DNA of 48,706 nt from Candidatus Staskawiczbacteria bacterium (GCA_026395295.1 JAPLYZ010000020.1:1-48706); one strand, 5' to 3'; positions 18,495 to 27,295 are shown, counted from the stretch's first letter. Translations and numbers: made by a program. The notes: generated by a model from the sequence alone, not told the origin.

Positions 18495-19625
18495 CTATTT
18501 TATAAAATAAATAATTTCGTAAATTACTCCTAACAAAAACACTAAAGACAGGGGGTATATTATTATATTCTTGCCACCTATTTTTTTGTACATTAACAGA
18601 ACTAAAATTCCATCAATGCCCAGCAAAACTCCGCCCACAAAGGACAACAAAGGTATAAAAGATTTTAGCCCCAGCAAGAAGAGTATCATTGGCGGAAAAC
18701 ATGTCATTATAAAAGCCTGCCAATGCTTTATTTTCAAATCAAACATCAGGGTTTTCTTAAAAATAATTCCCTGGGTAATAAAGGCTGTAAAAGTGGCCAG
18801 GGCTCCTATTAAAAGAGAAATAAACACCAAAGCGCTCGGCAGAAAAGATTTTAAACCTTGCAAAGCAGTCGGGTCTGTTTGAGTTCCCGTTATTCCCAAT
18901 ATTAAAAGAACAAATAGAAAATAAAAAACTGAAACCGTTATGGTGGAAGCTGTGACTATTGTTTTTAATCTTTTTTTATTCGTACGCAACATTTCCTCCA
19001 CCTCGGGTATCAACCCAATTCCCCACAACGCAAACAACAGCGGACCGTATGGCAGAAAAACGTTTTGAAAATTGGAAATTAAAAATTGAAAATTACCGAA
19101 TATATTGCTGAGTTTTATTTGTGAGAAGCCTTCTACAAATATAAAAAATAAAGATAAAAAAAGCAAAGCGATTACCCAAAACTCCACCTTGGCAACTACC
19201 TTTATATCAAAATAAATTATCACGCTTGCTATTAGAAAATAAATAAAAATGTAGGTTAAAACACTCCCAGAAAATATGGGTTGGAAAACCGATGTTAAAA
19301 ATTGACCTCCTATTAGAATATAAACCAAAAGCACTCCAACAGTTCCAAAAATAACCGAAGCCGATGTAAAAAGTTTCGCCCATTTTCCCAAATAATACCC
19401 TACAAACCCGGGGAATCTTTTAAAATCTGGGGTCTTTAAACTTATCTGGCAAAATATAAGGTTTATGGCGACAACCAGCGCAGTCAAAACCAAGAAATAC
19501 AAAAGCATCAGCCAAATGCCGGTTTTCACGGCGACATAAGGCAGAGACAAAAAACCAACCCCAATCATTCCTCCAGAAAAAACCGCAATCGGATAAATAT
19601 AATTTTTTAGTACGTCTTTAAACAT
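18495..19625 (-). CDS. Aromatic amino-acid permease (HAAAP/TyrP-like)
   Basis: GGMIGVGFLSLPY N-terminal motif, about 11 TMs, YG.LLFA..G...IP. Confidence 0.85.
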   Translation of the reverse strand: MFKDVLKNYIYPIAVFSGGMIGVGFLSLPYVAVKTGIWLMLLYFLVLTALVVAINLIFCQISLKTPDFKRFPGFVGYYLGKWAKLFTSASVIFGTVGVLLVYILIGGQFLTSVFQPIFSGSVLTYIFIYFLIASVIIYFDIKVVAKVEFWVIALLFLSLFFIFVEGFSQIKLSNIFGNFQFLISNFQNVFLPYGPLLFALWGIGLIPEVEEMLRTNKKRLKTIVTASTITVSVFYFLFVLLILGITGTQTDPTALQGLKSFLPSALVFISLLIGALATFTAFITQGIIFKKTLMFDLKIKHWQAFIMTCFPPMILFLLGLKSFIPLLSFVGGVLLGIDGILVLLMYKKIGGKNIIIYPLSLVFLLGVIYEIIYFIK

Positions 19626-19648
19626 TAATATATTTTACCATTAAAAAC

Positions 19649-19672
19649 AAAAACGAGCCAATGGCTCGTTTT
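19649..19672. terminator. Intrinsic terminator after the tRNA-Glu/GIY-YIG unit
   Basis: AAAACGAGCC-AAT-GGCTCGTTTT. Confidence 0.7.
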
Positions 19673-19677
19673 CCCAA

Positions 19678-19739
19678 GTGGTCCCAATGGGATTTGCCCA
19701 GTCATCCGACTGGGCATCAGGTCGTATGACCTGATGAAC
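19678..19739 (-). repeat. Duplicated tRNA-Glu 3' end with a 40-nt twin hairpin at the T-loop position
   Basis: 19678-19696 is identical to 19996-20014; hairpins at 19696-19715 and 19716-19735 are followed by GAAC (GTTC on the minus strand). Confidence 0.85.
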
Positions 19740-19995
19740 TATCTTGGAATTTTATCAAAACATCTCTCAATTGTTGTCTCAACAATCTTCTTCCTTCCGT
19801 TGTCTTTAAAAATTTCTCTCTTCTCGCCGCATCCGATTTCAATAAATACGCCTCATAACAAATAAGTTTGGGCTGTTTATTTTTTGTAGAAATAACATTA
19901 CCAAGTTTATGTTCTTGGATTCTTCTTTCCAATTCGCTTGTAAATCCTTTATAAATTTCCCCAGTATTTAATAACAAAAAATAAACATAATACAT
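19717..19995 (-). CDS. Small GIY-YIG nuclease (YhbQ/UPF0213-like)
   Basis: YYVY...IYKG.T..L.RR..EH..G; A.RREKFLK. Confidence 0.92.
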   Translation of the reverse strand: MYYVYFLLLNTGEIYKGFTSELERRIQEHKLGNVISTKNKQPKLICYEAYLLKSDAARREKFLKTTEGRRLLRQQLRDVLIKFQDSSSGHTT

Positions 19996-19996
19996 G

Positions 19997-20071
19997 TGGT
20001 CCCAATGGGATTTGAACCCATGTTACTTGCTTGAGAAGCAAATGTCCTAGACCAGGCTAGACGATGGGACC
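19997..20071 (-). tRNA. tRNA-Glu (CTC)
   Basis: Cloverleaf with GGTCCCA/TGGGACC acceptor stem, anticodon loop TT-CTC-AA and T-loop TTCAAAT; CCA not encoded. Confidence 0.95.
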
Positions 20072-20075
20072 GCGT

Positions 20076-21794
20076 CTATTTAGCATTTATATCATAGTCG
20101 GGGGGAATTTGCCAATAATTAATTATGTAATTGGCTAATTGCTTGAAAACCGGCACCGCGGAAAGAGCGGACTTTGGAACTTTTGGATTGTCTAGCTTAA
20201 CTAAAATTAAAAACTGCGGATTGAAGGCCGGCCCATAGCCTACGAAGCTCTGGATAGTTTTGTCGGGCTCGTAACCCTTGCCGGTTTTTAAAGGAACCTG
20301 AGCTGTGCCCGTTTTTCCGGCCAAATAATAACCCGGAATTTTTGCCACGCTGTTAAAGCCCTTATCAACAACATTAACCAGCATAGAATTTAACTGAGTA
20401 ATCGTGTTTTGAGAAACAATTGGGTCAGAAATTTCCGGCTTTGTGCTGGTTTCTTCTTTACCGTTCACAATTTTATCAACTATATAGGGTTTCACCAATT
20501 TCCCGCCGTTGGCTATGGCGCAAAAACCTTTGGCGATTTGCATGGGAGTCAACTCAATTCCTTGTCCAAAAGCAGCTGTTGCAAAATTTATGTCCGGGCC
20601 CTTCTTCAAACTGTTATTGCCCGAATAAACCTCTCCCTGCAAATCAACTCCTGTTTTTGAAGTAAATCCAAATTTATCAATATAATTAAAAAATGTATCG
20701 TGCGGAATTTGCTGTTCGGCGAAAACTGCTCCTGTGTTAATTGAATTTTCCAAAACCTGAGTCATTGTTTGCTTACCATATTTTTCGTTATCAAAATTAT
20801 GAACCGAATACTGGCCGAAAGTCAAAACCCCTGTATCTGTATAAGTTGTGTCGGGAGTGATTTTACCCTCATTCAAAGCAGCCGCCATTGTAAACGGTTT
20901 CATAATAGACCCCGGCTCAAAAAGTTTTTGCGTGACAGAATTTTGGAAAACGTCCAAGTCAAATTCTTTTGAATATTGATTGAGGTCAAAACCGGGAAAG
21001 TTTGCTAAAGCAATAATCCTGCCGGTGTCAGGCTTCATAACTATTATCTGGCCCGAGTCAATGTCGTTTTTCTTTTGCTCTTGTCTTAGCAAAGCTTCTG
21101 CTTGAAACTGTATATTATAATCAATTGTCAAATAAATATCCGAACCGTCTAAAGGCACCTGGCTGTTGTTTGAAAAAATAAAACCCAAACCAGACCTGTC
21201 TTCCTGGATTCCGGATTTACCTCTTAAAATATCGTCGTAATACCCTTCTATTCCATATTGGCCCGAACCTTCGCCACCCAAAAATCCAACTGCTTGAGAA
21301 GCCATTTGCCCTTGCGGATAAAATCTTTCAGGCTCGTTTTGCCATGACAAACCTTTTAAATTCAGGGCTTTAACTTTTTTTAGATTATCGGAAGATAAGT
21401 TTTTTTCTATAACAACATACGATTCTGCGCCACTTAATTCTGAAAGAATCTGCTCTTGGGACTGGTTAATATTTTTGCTTAATATATCCGCGAAGGCTGT
21501 TTTGTCTGAAATGTTCTTCGGGTTTGCAGATATTGTCCAGCTGTCTTTGTTTATGGCTAAACTTTTTACTTCTCCTGACAACTTGTCGCCCTTTGTTTCC
21601 TGGCTATTTTCACAAAAAATTTGTCCCCTTGAACCCACGACGCTGTCAAAGGCCACCTGCTGACCCATGGCCTGCGCGCCGTAAAGCTTTCTCTCTAAAA
21701 TTTGCAGAAAAAATAGGCGGCTAATAATAGCTGCCCCAAAAATTAAAACTATGATTAAAATTATGTTTATGCGCCAATTAACCGGTTTCCTCAT
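20076..21794 (-). CDS. ftsI: Class B penicillin-binding protein (FtsI/PBP3-like)
   Basis: TM anchor, RGQI, R.YP.G, EPGSIMK, SIN and KTGTAQ; dcw context. Confidence 0.9.
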   Translation of the reverse strand: MRKPVNWRINIILIIVLIFGAAIISRLFFLQILERKLYGAQAMGQQVAFDSVVGSRGQIFCENSQETKGDKLSGEVKSLAINKDSWTISANPKNISDKTAFADILSKNINQSQEQILSELSGAESYVVIEKNLSSDNLKKVKALNLKGLSWQNEPERFYPQGQMASQAVGFLGGEGSGQYGIEGYYDDILRGKSGIQEDRSGLGFIFSNNSQVPLDGSDIYLTIDYNIQFQAEALLRQEQKKNDIDSGQIIVMKPDTGRIIALANFPGFDLNQYSKEFDLDVFQNSVTQKLFEPGSIMKPFTMAAALNEGKITPDTTYTDTGVLTFGQYSVHNFDNEKYGKQTMTQVLENSINTGAVFAEQQIPHDTFFNYIDKFGFTSKTGVDLQGEVYSGNNSLKKGPDINFATAAFGQGIELTPMQIAKGFCAIANGGKLVKPYIVDKIVNGKEETSTKPEISDPIVSQNTITQLNSMLVNVVDKGFNSVAKIPGYYLAGKTGTAQVPLKTGKGYEPDKTIQSFVGYGPAFNPQFLILVKLDNPKVPKSALSAVPVFKQLANYIINYWQIPPDYDINAK

Positions 21795-22126
21795 TTTGTT
21801 TTGACTACGGCGACCGAACTATCCGAAATTCTTATATATTTTACTGAGGTGGTTTTTTGAAAATTTAATGCCTGTATTTTCTGCAAGGCCTGGCCTAAAA
21901 AGCTGTTCTCGGCGAATGATATTTCTAAATTTTTATTCTCGTCTGAAAGTTTTGTAATCTGTTTCTCGTAGCTGTTCATTAAGTAAGACCCTCGGGTCAA
22001 ATCATTTATCTGCCAAACGTAAAAAACCAACAAGAAAAAGCTGACTATAAATCCCAAAAGACAGGCTGTCTTCCAATTTATTGCCGGCAAATCTACAGAG
22101 GCGAAATTTAATGTTGCGGTAGTCAT
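21791..22126 (-). CDS. FtsL-like cell division protein
   Basis: Single TM plus coiled coil, located between rsmH and ftsI. Confidence 0.65.
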   Translation of the reverse strand: MTTATLNFASVDLPAINWKTACLLGFIVSFFLLVFYVWQINDLTRGSYLMNSYEKQITKLSDENKNLEISFAENSFLGQALQKIQALNFQKTTSVKYIRISDSSVAVVKTK

Positions 22127-22132
22127 TTTGTT

Positions 22133-23020
22133 TTAAATCTTTATTGCAACCCTAAGCTTTGCAGATCTTGATCTTGGATTTTTCCCAAGCTCATCTCGGC
22201 TTGCTGTTATGGGCTTTTTATTTAATATTCTCAATGTCTTTTTTTTACTTTCACTTGCGAAAAAGTTTTTGACAATTCTGTCCTCTAAAGAATGAAATGA
22301 TATAACCGCCAATCTTCCTTCCGGCGCCAGCAGAGAAACTGCCTGTGGCAAAACCCTTTTTATGCTTTCTAATTCATCGTTAACCGCAATTCTCAAAGCC
22401 TGAAAGGTTCGGGTTGCATAGTGAATCTTCCCTCGCCAATATGCCGATGGCGTTGCGTCTTTTATGGTTTCTATAAGTTGAAATGTGGTTTTTATCCTTC
22501 CTAATTTTCTTTGTTCTACTATGTTTTTGGCAATTTTTCTGGAAAATTTTTCTTCGCCGTAGTTTGTTAAAATTTCCTCAATTTTTTCTTCCGGCCACTC
22601 ATTAACAATTTTTTCTGCAGTTAAGTAACCTGTCTCGTCGTTGTATCTCATGTCTAAACCCTGGTCCACTTTGAAAGAAAATCCTTTGTGTGTGCCTTCC
22701 AGTTGAGCCGATGACATTCCTAAATCTAGAAGAACTCCGTTAACCTGACCAAGATTTTTCCTTTCAACAATCTCTGTGATGTTTGTATAGGAATCATTAG
22801 TTAAAATTATCCTGTCCTTGAATTGAACGTTCAGCCATTGGCTTGCCACAATTTGTTGAGGGTCGAGGTCAATTCCCAATAATTTTCCGTTTGGCCCGTT
22901 TTTTGAAAGTATATCCTCTGAGTGCCCGCCCTCGCCTATCGTGCAATCAACAAAATTTTCATTTGGCTTTGGGTCTAAATATTCTAAAACTTCTTTTTTA
23001 AGTACGGCTGTGTGAATCAT
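22133..23020 (-). CDS. rsmH: 16S rRNA C1402 N4-methyltransferase
   Basis: DCTIGEGGHS, LDLGMSS, LDMR, FQALRIAVN, SFHSLEDR and NPRSRSAKLR. Confidence 0.97.
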   Translation of the reverse strand: MIHTAVLKKEVLEYLDPKPNENFVDCTIGEGGHSEDILSKNGPNGKLLGIDLDPQQIVASQWLNVQFKDRIILTNDSYTNITEIVERKNLGQVNGVLLDLGMSSAQLEGTHKGFSFKVDQGLDMRYNDETGYLTAEKIVNEWPEEKIEEILTNYGEEKFSRKIAKNIVEQRKLGRIKTTFQLIETIKDATPSAYWRGKIHYATRTFQALRIAVNDELESIKRVLPQAVSLLAPEGRLAVISFHSLEDRIVKNFFASESKKKTLRILNKKPITASRDELGKNPRSRSAKLRVAIKI

Positions 23021-23022
23021 TT

Positions 23023-23454
23023 TTAAATTCCGAAATTTCCTAATTTTGAAACAATTTCTTCCACCCCTTTTTCCGCGGTCTTTCTATAAGAATCCCATTT
23101 CTCTGAATCCCATATTTCCAAACGGTTTGACAGTCCGCAGATGACTACGTTTTTTTTAAGGGTGGCGTAATTTTTTAAATAATCGGGAACTAATATCCTA
23201 CCCAATTTGTCTAAGACCACCTCCATGGCTCCTGCCAGCATAATTCTTGCAAAAGATCTTGCTTCTGTTTGAGAAATCGGCAGGTTGCCTAATTTCCCGG
23301 CCATTACTTCCCACTCTTTTTGCGTGTAAACAACCAGGCAATTTTCTACTCCTTTTGTTATTATTACTTTGTCTCCAAGCTCGCCCCTGAATTTGGCAGG
23401 CAGAGCTAAGCGTTTTTTAATATCAATTGTATGCTCGTATTGTCCAATCAACAT
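23023..23454 (-). CDS. mraZ: Division/cell-wall transcriptional repressor MraZ
   Basis: D.K.RL.LP.KFR, DKLGRILVP and LEIWD; first gene of the dcw block. Confidence 0.96.
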   Translation of the reverse strand: MLIGQYEHTIDIKKRLALPAKFRGELGDKVIITKGVENCLVVYTQKEWEVMAGKLGNLPISQTEARSFARIMLAGAMEVVLDKLGRILVPDYLKNYATLKKNVVICGLSNRLEIWDSEKWDSYRKTAEKGVEEIVSKLGNFGI

Positions 23455-23487
23455 AATATAAAGTTATACACTTGTTTTGGCAGTTCT

Positions 23488-23512
23488 CCCACACTTATCC
23501 ACATATTCCCAC
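23488..23512 (-). promoter_or_regulatory. MraZ operator: three GTGG(G/A) boxes at 10-nt period
   Basis: Minus strand GTGGG-N5-GTGGA-N5-GTGGG directly upstream of mraZ, with another GTGGG at 23529-23533. Confidence 0.8.
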
Positions 23513-23551
23513 TTCATCTTATTTATAGCCCACTTCATGGCACCGAGTCAA

Positions 23552-23680
23552 CCCCGTTAGAAATTTTTCTCCCACCAGGCATTTTTTAAAATATAGTAAC
23601 GATATATCTTAAAAATTAAGTCAATGTTTTTACGAACAAAATCAATGGAATATCGCATACCGACAAAATTTCTAACGGGG
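23552..23680. mobile_element. MITE-like element (129 bp)
   Basis: Terminal IRs CCCCGTTAGAAATTTT / AAAATTTCTAACGGGG flanked on both sides by TCAA (putative 4-bp TSD); no ORF. Confidence 0.75.
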
Positions 23681-23790
23681 TCAACACCTTTCATAAAAAT
23701 AAACTTATTCACCAGTTATCCACAGCCCATATTTTGATATTTTGTCGCACAATAGAGTTTTCCACACAAACCTATATATAAGAAATAAAT

Positions 23791-23813
23791 AAAAAAGCCT
23801 CACAAAGTGAGGC
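23791..23813 (-). terminator. Intrinsic terminator after the 67-aa ORF
   Basis: GCCTCAC-TTT-GTGAGGC followed by TTTTTT on the minus strand. Confidence 0.7.
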
Positions 23814-23844
23814 ATGAACACTGCACAAGCTATTCCCTTCCACA

Positions 23845-24048
23845 TTAAGTTTCTATGACCTCTCCCCAAAAATCCTTTTTGGGTGCGCCAGTCTGTTGCC
23901 GCCCCGGACGGAACGACTCAATGTGACAAAAGTCGCCCCTTGGCCGCTGTTCTTCCGGCATAGTCTCAACCTTATGATGATTGCCAGACATAACCAGCGC
24001 TAACGGCGTAGGTTCCAACTGTGTAGGTTTTTTTTGAGCATTTTTCAT
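23845..24048 (-). CDS. Small hypothetical protein
   Basis: 67-aa ORF between a boxA-like motif and a terminator; no family recognised. Confidence 0.45.
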   Translation of the reverse strand: MKNAQKKPTQLEPTPLALVMSGNHHKVETMPEEQRPRGDFCHIESFRPGRQQTGAPKKDFWGEVIET

Positions 24049-24135
24049 AAGCTTGCCTATTATTTGTTAAAGTGCTGTATTACCCAGCACTTATCTGCTT
24101 CCAATTTCAGAAACAAATAAGTGCCGGGTAAAATT

Positions 24136-24199
24136 AAAAATCCTCTGTGAGGAGGATTTTTGATTTTTTATTTTTTTATATTCATCAAAAACCTCCTCC
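24136..24199 (-). promoter_or_regulatory. Attenuator: alternative antiterminator/terminator stems
   Basis: GAGGAGGTTTTTGAT can pair with ATCAAAAATCCTCCTC, which alternatively pairs with GAGGATTTTT (terminator). Confidence 0.65.
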
Positions 24200-24280
24200 A
24201 CTTCGTGGCAACAAAAGCAAGCTTAACAACAAAGAGGCTGAATAGTTCAAATTATTTGTTTTGCTGATTATTTTTTCCAT
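24185..24280 (-). CDS. Putative Leu-rich leader peptide
   Basis: MEKIISKTNNLNYSASLLLSLLLLPRSGGGF*, with 7 Leu codons in 8; TTGACA upstream at 24325-24320. Confidence 0.6.
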   Translation of the reverse strand: MEKIISKTNNLNYSASLLLSLLLLPRSGGGF

Positions 24281-24331
24281 TTTGGCTATTATATTTTTAT
24301 ATTACTCCTTCCAATAATCTTGTCAATACTT

Positions 24332-25858
24332 CTACCTCCCCATGGCCGCGGCTTCTTCGGTGAGTATTTGGATAAGTTGGGTGATGAGAGCTACGAGTTG
24401 TTGTTTAATTTGAGTAATAACTTCAGCTCGGGTTGGCGCGACCACACCCGGTGTGGACGGCGTGGTTGGTGGTGGAGTTGGAGTTTCAACTGCTTGTGAA
24501 CTGCTGTCTGATGTTGAGCTTGTGGTGAAGGTGGGTGCTCCGCTGCTTGCTCCACCGCCTCCGCCAAGCACTAAGGAGAAGTCAGCTATAATGGTGTGGT
24601 CTGTAGTTACGTTGGCAAAGGTGTAGGTGGTTAGCGGGCCTTGTGAAGCTCCGTCTACTATGACGTTGGTTGTGTAGGGGGCGTTGGCTGATATTACGAA
24701 TGTCTGGTTTACTCCATCGTCTACGGTGGTGGCTCCTGCTGGACTGATTGAACCGTTCTTTCCTGCTGTTGGAGTAAGAGTGTGAGTTGCAGGAATTGCA
24801 ACTAAGCAAGAAAAATCAACCACAAACATGTTGTTTGTGGAAGTATCAGCAATATAAGCATGCGAACCAGAGACAGCTACTGAAGACGGAGAGGCGTAAA
24901 AAGTAGGATCCACATTTACCAAAGCCACTTCAGAAGCTGATAATGGATTTGAAATATTAACAATGGAAAGAGAAGAATCATTAGAATTAGCTACAAAAAC
25001 ATAATGGCCAGAAACAGTATCAAAAGTAGGGTTACTGCCAGTAAGAGAAACTATGCGGACTTCGGAAGCAGACAGAGGAGTAGAAATATCAACGACATGT
25101 AAAGTAGAATCAGTGCTAGAAGCATATAAATAAGAATTTAAAGCAGTAAGCCAAACAACATTGCCTGAAGAAAGAGAAATAGTATGAACCTCGGAAGCAG
25201 AGGCGGGAGTAGAAATATTAACAACAGAAATTGTATTATCATTCAAATTTGCAACATAAGCATAGTTACTAGAGATAGCAACAGAAACTGTAGAATTATA
25301 AGTACCAGTTAAAGTAACAGAAGCAATTTCAGAAGCAGAAGAGGGAGTAGTAATATCAACAACAGAAAGTCCATCAGAAGTAGATCCTTTGTCATTCATA
25401 TCAACATATAAATAATTACCATTAACAGCAACCGATACAGCATTATTACCAGTAAGAGTTACAGTATGAATTTCAGAAGCAGAAGACGGAGTAGAAATAT
25501 CAACAACGGATACGGTACCATTCCAATTAGAAGCATATAAATAATTACCAGAAATTACTTGCGAAACAGGTTGGCCAGAAAGAGAAATAGTATGAACAAC
25601 AGAAGCAGAGGCCGGAGTTGAAATATCAACAACATCAATAGAAGAATTAGTATAATCTGCAACATACGCATAATTACCACTAACAACAACAGAATAAGAA
25701 TGTGAACCAGTTAAAGTAACAGTAGAAACTAAAGCCGGACAACCATAAGGACTACCAACTGCCAAAGAAAAAGACGGATAAAAAAAACCCATAATTAAAC
25801 CAAGGACTATGACAAAAAAAATGTGTTTCTTCATAAAATGAATCATCTTACCAAACAA
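24332..25858 (-). CDS. Secreted LVIVD-repeat beta-propeller protein with a C-terminal beta-repeat domain and low-complexity tail
   Basis: Signal peptide; 7 repeats of S..V.GNY.Y....VVDISTP; InlB-B-like HTLT...G.NGSISP; start may be 25846 or 25834. Confidence 0.85.
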   Translation of the reverse strand: MFGKMIHFMKKHIFFVIVLGLIMGFFYPSFSLAVGSPYGCPALVSTVTLTGSHSYSVVVSGNYAYVADYTNSSIDVVDISTPASASVVHTISLSGQPVSQVISGNYLYASNWNGTVSVVDISTPSSASEIHTVTLTGNNAVSVAVNGNYLYVDMNDKGSTSDGLSVVDITTPSSASEIASVTLTGTYNSTVSVAISSNYAYVANLNDNTISVVNISTPASASEVHTISLSSGNVVWLTALNSYLYASSTDSTLHVVDISTPLSASEVRIVSLTGSNPTFDTVSGHYVFVANSNDSSLSIVNISNPLSASEVALVNVDPTFYASPSSVAVSGSHAYIADTSTNNMFVVDFSCLVAIPATHTLTPTAGKNGSISPAGATTVDDGVNQTFVISANAPYTTNVIVDGASQGPLTTYTFANVTTDHTIIADFSLVLGGGGGASSGAPTFTTSSTSDSSSQAVETPTPPPTTPSTPGVVAPTRAEVITQIKQQLVALITQLIQILTEEAAAMGR

Positions 25859-25923
25859 AAGGAAACTAAAACATAAGAACGGTGGATAAATTACGCGGAA
25901 GCCCCTCCTTCTCGAGGAATAAT

Positions 25924-26958
25924 TTAATGGAGATATTTTGCTGCGGCCTCGTTATGCTGGTCGAAGGTTTCGCTGAATATTGTTTTGCCGTCGGTTAAAT
26001 AAAACCAATACTTTGAAGCCTTGGGACGAATGGCGGCGGTTATTGAATCGATCCCCGGCTCTGAAATGGGACCCTTGGGCAACCCCCTATACTTGTAGGT
26101 GTTGTAAGGTGAATCTATTTTTGTGTCTTTAACCGAAATGTTTGCGTTACCTGTGGCATAAATAACCGTCGAGTCCAACTGCAAAGGCATATCAATTGCC
26201 AAACGTTTCCACAAAATTCCGGCAACCATTTTTTTGTCATCTAAAGTTATTACTTCTTTTTCCAAAATTGAAGCCATTGTAACTACGTCAAAAATAGACC
26301 TTTTTTTGTTCTTTATTTCAGCTCTTAATTCTGGAGTTAACTTTTTATCAAAATTTGCCAACATGGCATTTAGCACATCTTCGCAAGTCTCTCCCTTGGC
26401 AATTTCGTAAGTATCGGGAAAAAGATAACCTTCCACATCGGCTTTTTTTGGCTTGTCTTGCAAAAAAGCAAAATCTTCTGAATAATCTTTATTTGTGAGC
26501 GTAATAAAATAACTTTGTTTGCAAACGCCTTTTGATTCTAAATATTTTCCGATGTCCTTTTTATCCCAACCCTCTAAAATTACCAACTTGTCTCTTAGAA
26601 CATCTCCCTGCTCCATTTTATTTGCAATTTGCCAAGCCGACATTTTTGGAGACAAATTATACTCGCCTGCCTGCAATTTTGAGTGCTTTAGAGATAAAAT
26701 TGAATAAAATTTAAAAAAATAACTGCTTCTAATTATTCCCAATTTTTGCAAACTGGTGCCAATGTCATCGTCGGACCAGCCTTTTTGAACAGAAAAAATA
26801 ATTGTTTCGTGCGAGCTGGGGTTGACCGGAACATAAATTTCAAAACACACGAAAAAAAACGCCAGCAAAAAAATAGTTGCAATAGTAGAAGCAATTTTTT
26901 CTAAAAATTTTACAGATATTTTAGAAAAATCTTTGTTCTTCAAAAAATTATTCTCCAT
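25924..26958 (-). CDS. mltG: Endolytic transglycosylase MltG
   Basis: LQAGEY, EGYLFPDTY, ASILEKE, LQLDST and SPYNTY...GLP.GPI. Confidence 0.95.
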   Translation of the reverse strand: MENNFLKNKDFSKISVKFLEKIASTIATIFLLAFFFVCFEIYVPVNPSSHETIIFSVQKGWSDDDIGTSLQKLGIIRSSYFFKFYSILSLKHSKLQAGEYNLSPKMSAWQIANKMEQGDVLRDKLVILEGWDKKDIGKYLESKGVCKQSYFITLTNKDYSEDFAFLQDKPKKADVEGYLFPDTYEIAKGETCEDVLNAMLANFDKKLTPELRAEIKNKKRSIFDVVTMASILEKEVITLDDKKMVAGILWKRLAIDMPLQLDSTVIYATGNANISVKDTKIDSPYNTYKYRGLPKGPISEPGIDSITAAIRPKASKYWFYLTDGKTIFSETFDQHNEAAAKYLH

Positions 26959-27287
26959 TATAATAATTTACCTTGTCTTAATAGTTTTGAAACAACTGCC
27001 GATTTTTCTTCGCCGGTTTCTGTCAAAATAAAATAAGTTTTTGGGTCGCCAATTATCAGCTTTTCGTTGCGAAGCGCCCGCAATGGCCTGTCTAATTTGC
27101 GCGAATCCGGCCAAATGGGATACCTTGGAAATTTTAGAGTGTCCGGAAATAAAGTAAAACACTCTTTTACTAATCTCTCAAAACTGCATTGTTCAGAATT
27201 TGAAATAATGAAATGTATACAAAAAAGTATCAGGTCGTTTACAGAAACCTTGGAAAAAGCCAAATCTTTTGTTGTCTTCTTAACCAT
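26958..27287 (-). CDS. Hypothetical protein, possibly winged-helix
   Basis: 109 aa, coupled to mltG; LRALR...LI.G....F.LT..G resembles a wHTH wing. Confidence 0.7.
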   Translation of the reverse strand: MVKKTTKDLAFSKVSVNDLILFCIHFIISNSEQCSFERLVKECFTLFPDTLKFPRYPIWPDSRKLDRPLRALRNEKLIIGDPKTYFILTETGEEKSAVVSKLLRQGKLL

Positions 27288-27295
27288 ATCTTTAC

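Noticed and set aside
19678-19739. Second functional or intron-containing tRNA-Glu
   Set aside because: Only the T-loop and 3' acceptor strand are duplicated; the 5' half is absent from this copy.
23460-23790. Replication origin
   Set aside because: Only 2-3 DnaA boxes, no dnaA/dnaN nearby and no switch in gene orientation across the site.
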